Positions 53,154-64,000 of a stretch of DNA of 64,000 bases are shown here, in pieces. The notes beneath the pieces were generated by a model. It was not told where the DNA came from. It worked only from the letters and a program-made list of their open reading frames with translations, and made no database searches. Numbering within the stretch: position 1 is the stretch's first letter; the number at the start of each line of letters is the position of its first letter. The position numbers and the translations under genes are program-made. The DNA comes from Paramecium tetraurelia. Lineage: Eukaryota. The DNA lies in contig CT868352.1 of NCBI GenBank assembly GCA_000165425.1, forward strand, positions 372,001 through 436,000, read 5' to 3'.

Positions 53154-54749
53154 TCAGTCAGTTTTAATTTGTTTCTTTATTCTATCATTCATTTAATATT
53201 GATTCTTAAGACGTTGATTGCACAATTCCCTTAGGACCAAATCTGATATCTCTCCATTCTCATTGAATTCCACCTCTTTATTCGATAAACTATTCTCAGA
53301 AATCAATTCCAAAATCACTTGTTAATAGTCATCAATTAAAAATTTGAAACATTTCAATTTGCAAATAGGGCATTTCCAAATCTTTTTGTCCCTTTGATCA
53401 TCGATAGCAGTTATAAAATTCTCCAAATCAAAGCACTGAAGATGATTACAAAATCTACCTCTGGCTGGAATATTAATTAATTGTAAAGTTATAGGACATA
53501 ATAGACTGATTTTTATTGATTTTATTTTGACATCCTTGTTAGTAGAGCATTCTTATTTGAATAATTTGAATGAATCTTCAATACTTAAATAGTTTTTATG
53601 ATATTGCTTTATATCCAATAAGAATTCTTTGGCATTCAATTGATTAATCGAGAATATACCTATAAAATAAATACACTAATGTTAAATTCTAAATTATTTT
53701 TTCAATTCCTCATTAGATTTGTATTCGATTAAAGTAATACGATTCTATTCATTATGTTTGATATGATTCGTAATATTAATGGAATCATCTTTTCGTTTCT
53801 TAACACTATAATTGATGCTTAAGGGTTTGAACTCAGCCAATTTGACTCCATTCATCTACAATTCCCCATAATCAGGCCAAGTAATTTCATTTAATCCATC
53901 CTTCCCATCTATTCTTAAACATCTAATCTCTATTTGAGATCCCTTGTGTTTTACAGGACAATTGAATAAGAAATGCTTCTCATTTTTGAATTGAAGAAAC
54001 TATTGAAATGTAGATTGAACTATCTAATCGATCACTTTGTTTTGAGGGTTTAGCATTACAAGAGTACAATATGGACAAATAAAATCTTGAATGTCATGAT
54101 TGATTTGCAAACAAAAACCATGAAAATTCTATGAACAAATTTTGCATTGTAGAACTTTGGAGGTATTTAATTTAGCCTTGATTTGAACATACAAACCAGG
54201 TTAAGAGTGACAATAACATTTCAGAAAGTTAACATCTTATTGTGTTTCATTTTATTTATCATTATTCGATTGAGAATTTCTCAATTAATTTAATAATTGT
54301 TGTTCTTTATCCTTAATGAGTTTTAACCTATCACGAATGCCTTCATAATAGATATGAATTTGTTTATTAATAAATTTTGTTAGTTCTTCTAAAATTGAGT
54401 AAGATTTGATGATCTTGTCTTCATAATAAAACATAGTGATCGTAATCAATTGTCCTAAATATATAGGTCTTGTTGGATTAATATTAGTAGATTATAAACT
54501 GCATTTCTTCATTCTGAGCAGATGACTGAGTAAACATTCAGTTAATTTTGGGATGAATTGTTTATCCTATTTATATTTAATACCACCAAGACACTTAATG
54601 ATATCCTGCTTTTTTTACGTCGAAATTTAGTCAACTTTCAACTCAAGACAACCTTGTCTAATGAATTCAGGAACTTTTAGTTCAATGTCTTATTTGATTG
54701 TTAAGAGTTCCTTAGTTATTTCATCTTGAAGTTAATTATTTTAGTTCAT
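53154..54749 (-). CDS. PIAS/SIZ-type SUMO E3 ligase (PHD finger plus SP-RING/MIZ finger)
   Basis: PHD: CYC..LQCKIC..FHGFC..FICPYC. PINIT-like segment. SP-RING: VSLLCPITLQLINIPARGRFCNHLQCFD..WKCPIC. Confidence 0.88.
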
Positions 54750-55677
54750 ATTTTAAATTATTCTACAGAATTTAATAAAGAAATTAATTTTTAATGAAAA
54801 TTTTAAGCAAGAATATAATAAAAGGAGTTGGATTCATAATTAGTACCTAAAGAAGATAATGATTTTTGGCATTTGTATAATTTATTTTCTGTTGGAGATA
54901 TCACAAAGACAAGCACAGATAGGAAGATAATAAAAAAAAGGGATTTTAATGCGATTGATTAATTTAAATTGGTACTAAAGTATCTGAGAAAAGAAGAATA
55001 TTTGTATTTTTAAAGGTTTATGAAATTAATTATTGGGCAGATCAATATCTATTATTATCAATAAAGGGTAGGAATTGCTAAGAATCTCATTGGTTATCTT
55101 TGGGTTAGTTTCACACCTACGAAGTTGAATTGTATTAATAAATAGATATATAATTCGAAAACTGGGATAGATTTCATTATGCAATATTGGATTAGATAAA
55201 ACAATGATAAACTTCATCAGAAGTGGCAGTATCAATAATGAAGGAAGAAGTTGGTCACATATGATTAATAGGATCAGCTATTACTAGATTGAAGTAAAAG
55301 AAGAAGAGAAGCGCTAATGAGTAAAGAGAAAAGAAAATGGAAGAGTTTTTAAAACATGTTTTGCAGCCTTGGAATAAGATTCGTTATTTGAATAAGTAAA
55401 ACATTTGATAGTGGCATCTCCAGGGTAGTAGTACTGATTATAGTGTAAATTTTTAAAGGATAATTTATATTTATTTCTGAAAAATACAGTTTTAGAAGGA
55501 GGAGAAGTATAAGGAAAATAGAAAATGTTAGATAAGATCTTTCTGGTAAAATCAAGTTTGGCTATTGGAATGGTTTAATGGAAACTTCATAGGATCAATA
55601 AGTATAGCAAAGATTAGAAAATACAAATAAAATATTTGAATGTTAATATACAATTATATAGATAAAAATATAACATC

Positions 55678-57875
55678 TCATCTTCTGCTATAAGGATACT
55701 TCTTTCTGGCTTTATACAAACCAAGCTTCTTTCTTTCCACTTATCTACTATCAGTTCTGGTTAACAGTAACTTTCTGAATATTTTCTTGATACTTGGACA
55801 CATTTTAACAATGGCTCTACTCAAAGCTGAGCAGATACATTGAGATTATGCTGACTAACTACCTCCTCTGATTACACTAATGTTTACAATAAGATTATTA
55901 CACATTCACATCCACTAAACATGAAAGATGAGCCAATTCTAATACTCTCAAGGCTGTTCTTCTGTATATTGGATGAGTAAAGTAATTGATTAAGTTCTTA
56001 CCATTTACAGTCACTTCTCCTACTCCTTTCTTGAGTTACACATAACAAATTGATGACTTTCTTCTTCCTCTTCCCACATAATAAAGTAGAGAAGATTCAC
56101 TATAATCTTTTTCTATTAATTAATCAATTTAGATTGCACTCTTCTCCTTGAAATCCTCAATCTTAACTTCTTCTTCAACTACATCCTCAAAATCTGGATC
56201 TACATCATCAGCCATCATAGCTGTGCTTGGTACTTCATAAGTATATGGATTTATGTTGTCACTAAAAGCTTACAATCCATCATTAATTTATTCTCTATTT
56301 AATTTGAATATATTTGTTAAATAATGGTGGAAGAATTCCAAATTGCTTGGCTGTTGGAATTCTTTGTATAATTCAACTGAAAATTGATACTCATCTTTTT
56401 TCACTTCATCTACCTTCTCCTCAAAGAATTCCTTAACACTAACATATAATAATTCAATACTGTCTATTATAGGGTTGTTTCTTGATGTCCACAAAGGTAT
56501 CTTGCTATTTGTTGAGCTTGACTTTAGGGAAGATAGTCTAAAATGAAGACCCAAAATCTTTCCAAAACAGACTTTGTCCTTTATTCTTCTCGACATCTTA
56601 AAACACAGATTCGTACCCCTTAATCTTATTTTTTGGATCATTATACAAATCCTTTATGAATTTAGGTGCACCTAATAACAAAAAGTCAATATTGTCAACA
56701 ATATCCTATAATTTGACAGGATCTACGATTCTTTAATTAATTTTCTTGGCTTTCATTTGAAGTTACAAAGATTAAGTATCTAGATTCTTGAGGTATTTAT
56801 GTATTTATTTGAATTCCCAATTTTATTGATCTTTAGCATTTATTTACTTTTTTGATTCTTTAGGATCTTATTATTTATTGGCTAATCTTTTCAAATATGC
56901 TCGTTTAACAAAATTTAAATTAACCTTATCTATAATTGACTATTCAGTTTATAAAGCCTCTTGACCATCAGAGGGTCTGATATATCTCATTTTTAATAAT
57001 CGCTCATCATCTGATATTTCTTCAACAGTGCATCCAGATTCATAGAAATCAAGATCTTTTAGATATGCTTTTCCAAACGTGAGTTATTGATTTTTATCAT
57101 TATATTTAGGGTCATAAATTTAAAAATCTTCTAAATCCTTTTACAAATTTTCTCTTGCCATCTCTTCAGCTACTGCTTTCACAGAATTAGTATCTACGTA
57201 TTTATTTAGAATTGCTTCATCGTTAATTTTCTTATCAAAATCTTAAGCATCATCACCTAAAATTTTCTTTCTTTCCTCCTCTGGCAATTTTTTTATTCCT
57301 TCTAAAAATCTATCGAAAACAACTTTTCTTGCTTTAGCAATATATTCTGGTGCTTCACTTTTAACCAACAAATCTTGAGAAGTTCTTAGAAGTTCAGTTT
57401 CTGACATTACTCTCTAAATACTTAAATTATACATATACCATTTAAGATAACAATCCTTATACTTTGCGATTGTATTCTGCCTCATATTGTTGTCCTCTCT
57501 TCAGCTTGATATCATAAACAAAATCATCGAAAAATAATCCTAAAGGACAATTGGTCTCTTCATCAATGTAGACATGTTTCAATACATTTTATATTAAATC
57601 TTAGCCATTTTTTTAATACGATTCCTATTTATCTTCCTCTTTAGGCTGCATTTCTCTCACACGTCTAAGTTTAACTAATTTAGATACTGTGTCACTCTGC
57701 TTTTAATTTTTGCCAATTTCTTCTTATAGACTGCATGCAATTGCTTTTGAGAATCATCATAGGAAGTAATCTTAGGTCTATAAGCCAAGTCCTCCTTTTC
57801 TGGATACAAGGGAGGTACAACGAAGAAATTTCGTTGTGCTACGCAGAACCTCAGTCTGCTCACCAATCTGAGCAT
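55678..57875 (-). CDS. MRPS9: Mitochondrial ribosomal protein uS9m with long N-terminal extension
   Basis: Presequence-like MLRLVSRLRF. C-terminal S9 core GRGRRKSS..GEVTVNG..DSRQVERKKLGLYKARKKYPYSRR. Confidence 0.9.
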
Positions 57876-57956
57876 AATTATTTAAATAAATTATTTATAC
57901 CTAATTTATATATAAATATTTAAATTATTGCATTTATTCATTAATTAAAATTAAAG

Positions 57957-60900
57957 ATGCGAATACCCTAAGCTTACTATGAAAGCATGATGAAAAGATA
58001 CAAGAAGTCTAAGCATGTCGATTAAACTGATTATTCTTGGATTGAAACTACCAAGAAACCTCTTGTAGAAAGAATTTAAGATTTTGCATAATGCAAACAA
58101 TTATAAGATCCCAAGTATACTCGAATCATTTGTGAAACAATTGATGCAATATTTGAAGCAGCAGTTGCCTTATTTCAAGAGCAAGACTAAACTCTCTGCG
58201 TTCAATTACTGGGTGAATCCGATTCTATTTAAATTTGGGATTTGTGTATTTAGTGTTGTGATTATATAATCAAATCAGCAAATCCAAAAATAAGTATTTC
58301 TATTTCAATAATCCAAAGTCGATATGTTTTTTAGTTATGATCATATTTTGATACTTCTATTTCACAATCCAGATTATGAAATGTCAAACTATATATAAAT
58401 TGGTGTAATGCATGCAATATTTGATTGAATAAATGAATTCATCCAAAGCCTGCAAATTTAAAAGTAATATATCAGACAATAAATATTAGTTGAACAATTC
58501 GAAAGAGTCTTTTTAAGATTTATGTACATTAACACATTTTTATAAAAGAATATTTACAATTTGTCAGATTAGGAATGTTAGGAATTATTTTAATATTAGA
58601 CTGACAATTACAATCTCAAAATCACCATCCCAAATGAAGATATGAATATTTATCAAAGATACTTGGAGATGAGCAATTTCAGAAAAATACTCAAATCTCC
58701 ACCTGTAATCTTAGACATTCCTTTTGATTATACAAAAAATCCCTTGGATTAAAGTTTACAGATTGCAGCTGAAATCAAAGTCTAAAAAGATAGCATACTA
58801 TTTGATTAGATCTTTATTCGATTACTTTGCTAATATTCCAATAATGATGAACAAATACTATAGAAATTGTTCATCAACAATTACATTTTTCATTTTAAAT
58901 GCACTTTCTAGGATTTATAACTATTTAACAACAAATATATGGCAGACATTACGAATAGGTTGATAGATCAAAAGGACTTCTTATTTTTATTAATAAGGAT
59001 GATCGCAAGCAATAAAGAGTATCCTCTAGAGGAATCTTTAGAGGATACTCTAGTGGATAGTCTCCAATTTATTAAATCAAAGCAAATACAACTCTATGAA
59101 CACAATACCTTCTTGGATAAATTATGGCTATTTGAATTATAGGGAATTTAAGACACTTTAGTCTGGTGGAAGAAGGAACTCAATATTAGTGAAGGCAACT
59201 TCTATGATAATAGAATGAAGTTAAATGTTAAGTTGGAACAATTATTCTTCTAATCATTATCAGATTCACAATTTACATAGATGTTTAAGAAATAACCCAA
59301 TTATACCTAATGGAATTTCATAATCATTCAAATTATCAGAAAGTCCTTTGAATAGGTTGAAGAAACAAAATTGCCATACTATATCTTAAATCCCATCCTA
59401 AGTTATTGTATCAATTTGATCACTGAATTGCCAGGCAATAATCAAAACCAATAATTAGATTATCAATTAGAAAGTCAGATAATTTAAGGCTTAGTAGAGA
59501 TTCTTAAGAAATGTAATAAGAAACCATAAATTGAATTATAAATCAGAGCATTTCAATTATTAAATTAATTAGTTACATACTATAAACAAGAATTTGATTA
59601 AGTTTAGATTCAAAATGCTTAATCTGAATTCCTGATGCCAGTTCCAGAGAGATATCACAAATTACTTGCAGAAATTTGGTCAAACAGAATTTTGGAAGAT
59701 ACTTTAAAAGGTGCCAAACCCAATGAAATATTATTTACCCATCTAATAACCTTATTAGCAATAACAATGGGAGAGAATCCAGCCAGAGTAAGATAATTTT
59801 ACGAAAATAATAGTTTATAAGATCTGACCAATAAAATTATTGAATTACTAAGGACTTGCTCAAGAGCATCTCCTTTAATTGTAACGATAATAAACTTATT
59901 GATTGCAATCAGTACAAATGAATAAGCAATATCGTCAGCCTTACAATCTAATAATAATGGTGATTCATAATAATAGGAGAATTTGATCAAGAGGATCTTT
60001 ATTAAGTGTTATTTGCCCTCAGCAGAATTATTACACGATCCAACAGTGAGTGATGATTTTGCAAAGAAGATTATTATGCTGTATAGCCAAAGTATGTTGG
60101 CAAAAAAGTTGATAGAAAAAGTGATTGAAAATACATTTGTTTAGATATCATAATTAGTGGATTTGAGTAAAGATAAGATAGAGGAAATAGTTAGTAATTA
60201 GGAAAAGTTACAATCCTTTTATAGTTATTCCAAAAGTTTACAAGCTTTATTGCAGTTATTTATGCAATTACAACCAGAGAAAAAATCATCATATCGATCA
60301 TTCCAAGGATACGAAGAATTGTAATTAGAAGAAGCTTAGAGATAAAAAGATTTATTGTTCAATTCACTTTTGAAGAATTAAAAATTCGTTGAAGCATTAG
60401 AGAAAATAATAATGAGTCCAATACTGATAGGTAGTAAAAACAAAGATACATATGTTGAACATTATGTTGGCATCCTATGTAAGAAAAACAAGTTAAATCC
60501 CTATAATTCTTTGTGGAAGGAATTGGATTTGATCTCATAAAACTATATGGTCATAGGTGATCAGAAGATTATCGATATCGGAAAATTAGTTGATTATGAA
60601 GCTTTATCCATTCATATGAGCGACAAATATTTTTTTAGAAAAATCATCAAACACATCTCCCCTTAAACTTATAGGGGATTCTACATACTTAGTCGTTTCC
60701 ATTTGATTCATTATTTGATCAAGATGTGTGTCAGTTAGGGTGTGGGATAAAATTAAGATTCTCATCTGATGATTTCCTAATTGTTAGAAATCTATTTTCT
60801 ATCCTCATAACATGCAGGTTTTCATGAATCCATTATGATGTTTATGTCTGCTAAATAATAGATACAGAAATAACAGACTACTTATGATGAGGACAATTAA

Positions 60901-63900
60901 ATAAGGAGAAGGATTAGCAAGGATAATTTGATTCCATTATAATCATCTTGTTTGGATTTGATAGGTAAATTGCAATAACAAGTTGAGTAAAAGGACTATG
61001 TAATTAAAAAATATGGGGAAATTACTTAGTTGTTCTTCCAGAATTTCTAAGAAAAATGCTAATAAATTAGATAAGCTCAAGGAGTTTAAATTATATCGAT
61101 TGTAACCTATATGCAGGATATGTTAAAATCATTCAAATTTTTATAGAATTTATTTTTGAGTTTAGAATAACAATATCAGCCATTACAATTTGCAGTAATC
61201 TGTTTCCAAAATAGTAATTTCTTTTTGTAATTAATTGAGATTCTATAATATTTGGATAGTATCTAAAGACAACAATAATTCAATGCAACAAAAGAATAAG
61301 AGATTACTAGAAAGATATTGCCAGGATTTATAGAAGCAATACATCAACATATAGATAGCATAATAAAATTACTAATTTTTAAGAAGATTGCTATTGATAA
61401 AATATAGTTGTCTGGGTAATTAATTTAAGATCCATAACAACTGGATATAGTGTGCGATGAAATCTTTGTATCCTAAGCATCAATACTCAATTAAATGATC
61501 GATTTACTGCTCTACAATAATTGTGAAGGTAATTTAAAGACTCTTTTGGAACAATTAATATAGAAGTTTTATTCAATCAAGGATTTATAAGTTTAAGAGA
61601 TGAGAAAGGTTGCTGGAACAGAAACAAAAGAATAATAAGTAGTTGGAAATAAGGATATCTCCTAAATCTTATCCGGAAATGAAGTACGTTAAGAATAAAA
61701 GAAGTCTATGTTTGACAGACCTGAGATCAAAGCAATGATTGATGATATTTGTGATATGGGATTCAAATAACAATTGATCAAGAAAGCCATCTAAAGAATT
61801 GAAATTCCAGAACCTACAATGATTATTGATATGCTAATAAACGAAAGGATTTCTGATGATGAAGAAGAGTAAGAAGATCTTTTTGATCAAGCATAAAAAA
61901 TAGCTGAGCAAAATCAAATAATTTAGGATCAAATTGCTTAATAAAAGTTAAAAATGGAGAATGAATTAGAAAAAGAGTAAAAGTAAAATGAAATCCAAGT
62001 CTTAGATTAAGAGTAATTTATTAAAATATTACAACAAAATTTTCTCTAAGCTAATCAATAATTAAATATTTTGGAAAGATTTTTGGCATTAATTAATGAT
62101 TTCTAAGTTAAATTAGATTCTAACCTCAATAAACTATTAGATTAATAATTGAATAATTAAAAGGCAAATACTAATTTATTAGAATATCTATTCACAATAG
62201 CTAAGAAATAATAACATATAAACAAGATTTTAGATTATATTTTTATGATCTTGAATCCCTTAAAAAAAGAAAAATCCTCTTAGGATTTGAATACAACTAT
62301 GCTTCAGTATCAAAAAGCCTTACAATGGCTTAACTTATTATAATAGATTGCTCCCCAGGAACATGAAAAATTATATCAGAATTTGGCTTTAATAGATCAA
62401 GAACCATAATAAAAACATGTGCTATCATTTCAGTCTATGATTACATTTGGTTTTGCATTGTCTGACGATATATTTGAACAGTTTAAAAAGAGTGGTGATA
62501 TAGAATTGTAATAATTAAAGTAACTAAATATTTCTGATATGTCTTATTAGGACATATTTAGTCAAGTATAAAACTTCACTGCTAATCTTAACAATTTATA
62601 TGAAAACAAATAAACTACATTAAAATTATTCTGTAAAGAAATTTTAGAGGCACAAAAATATCTTACTAAGTTTTTCTTGAATTTATAAAACAAACATGAT
62701 CAATTAATAGAAAGATATTGGAGCTAAATACTTATCTATCTTGAATTTTTGATTTAAGTAGGTACAATGAATTTTGATTTGTAAGAGTCAACTCAGCAAA
62801 CCTATAATTTACTTGAAGAATTGGATACATAAATTAATAATAATTAAGTATTGAAAGAACAAAGAGATTAATCTCAAAATATGATTTACATGAGATAGGT
62901 AATTTAGAGAAGATTTATGTCTGATAAACAGTTGATTGCATAATTATTATAATGCTTGAATAATTTTGGATTGCATAATCAAAACAAATTGTTCAATATG
63001 TTAACAAAAAAATCATCAAGTGACAAGTTATCATTATTGGAGATTCTATTACAATTAAAAATGCATCCTTGTCATTTCGAATATGAAGAATCCTAGCCAG
63101 TCTTCATTGAAAACCTAATATACCTTGTTGCCATTGATACGAAAACAACGAATGACTTAATTTTCTAAATTTTGAAATAGGTAATGCTGAATGAACATAT
63201 CGATTGGCATGCTTAATAATTAAAAAATACAGAGGATCTCGCCCAAATTTTATTCCCATAGAAATTTATTGAATGCCCATTGTAATACTTATTGCAATTT
63301 CATCCCGTCCTAATTAACAATCCTATTATCTATAATTTGATAATTGAACAATAAGGTTTATCTATTACAGACAAATATTCTGAACTAAATAGAATTCACA
63401 CTCCAAAATAACTTTAACCTTAACCAACAGGAAAACTGACAAAAGAATAGGAGAGATTGTTGAAAGAGAAGGAAAAAGAATAGCAAGCTCAACCTTAGAC
63501 AGAAATAGTCATCAGATACGAGATAGATTAATTGATAGAACCTTAATTAAACGAAAACTTCATTTATTTAGTTAAATTTATTGCCTAAGCAACCATTGAT
63601 AGGTTTTTTGAGGAGAATTAAAGATTGATAGAATAGATATTTAAAGTGCAATTCAACCAATACAAAGATGATCCTAGGATGTACGTCTATGGTTGGGATC
63701 AACTATTGAGAATAATAGAAATGCTCATCATTAAAGTTCCTTAATTAATATTATATCTAAGATAATTGTAAGTAGATTTGCCACCACAATTAAGCAAAGG
63801 CGAGAAAAAGACTACTTTCATAGAATTTGTAGTTAAGTATTTGACTTGGGTTGGTGGAGATAAATTAGCTAACTTTATGCACAATTACTTGAGTGATATA

Positions 63901-64000
63901 AATTTGTTGTCTATTGGATATGGAGTCACTATAGGCTAAGAAGTTTTGCAATTATTATTGAACGAATTATAAATTGACATTCATCAGGATTAGATGGTCT
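57957..64000 (+). CDS. 5' part of a giant HUWE1/Tom1-like protein (putative HECT E3 ligase), runs off the window
   Basis: More than 6 kb of essentially open helical-repeat frame with a UBA-like segment (MIDDICDMGFKQQLIKKAIQ, ~61735-61850). No HECT domain lies inside the window, so the family call is inferred. Confidence 0.6.

Noticed and set aside
55678..57875. Very long uS9m as a novel fusion
   Set aside because: Large extensions of mitoribosomal proteins are established in ciliates, and I recognised no second domain.
1654..59990. Many short ORFs in the supplied track (e.g. 1654-1947+, 5187-5402+, 23068-23316+, 27380-27712-, 47537-47827-)
   Set aside because: They are standard-code antisense or off-frame shadows of real code-6 genes.
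1..64000. IESs, telomeric repeats, CRISPR arrays, tRNA/rRNA, intact transposons
   Set aside because: None recognised. The interruptions I traced in intact genes are GT..AG introns rather than TA-bounded inserts, consistent with a somatic assembly; small RNA genes could still be missed by eye.

Overview
Very AT-rich, gene-dense eukaryotic DNA from a ciliate macronuclear-type genome, most likely Paramecium. Known protein families read through only when TAA/TAG are translated as Gln and TGA is the sole stop, and genes carry tiny (~20-32 nt) GT..AG introns, so the standard-code ORF track captures only fragments. I can support about 39 gene models: two TTLL enzymes, an astacin protease fused to two UBR-type Zn fingers, an F-box-like protein, snurportin, a prenyltransferase beta subunit, NEK and CaMKK-like kinases, a secreted GH13 amylase, a TGS1 pseudogene overlapping the ALG10 start, a Sec7 ARF-GEF, an HTH protein, PPCS, RPL12, CRAL-TRIO and ankyrin proteins, TAF10, USE1, AKAP14-like, DP, centrin-like, a CUE-Smr nuclease, an FCP1-like phosphatase, ATP-PEPCK, VSR-like, RCC1, HSF, a degenerate GTPBP2-like GTPase, LAMTOR3-like, GDT1, RPLP0, a PHD/SP-RING SUMO ligase, uS9m and the 5' part of a HUWE1-like giant protein. 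I recognised no rRNA, tRNA, CRISPR array, telomeric repeat or intact transposon. The most notable observations are the apparently cytosolic astacin-UBR-UBR protein, the GTPBP2 pseudo-GTPase, the TGS1 relic overlapping ALG10, and divergent gene pairs whose ATGs are only 8-17 bp apart. All translations and family assignments were done by eye from remembered motifs, with no database searches, so coordinates may be off by a few bases.
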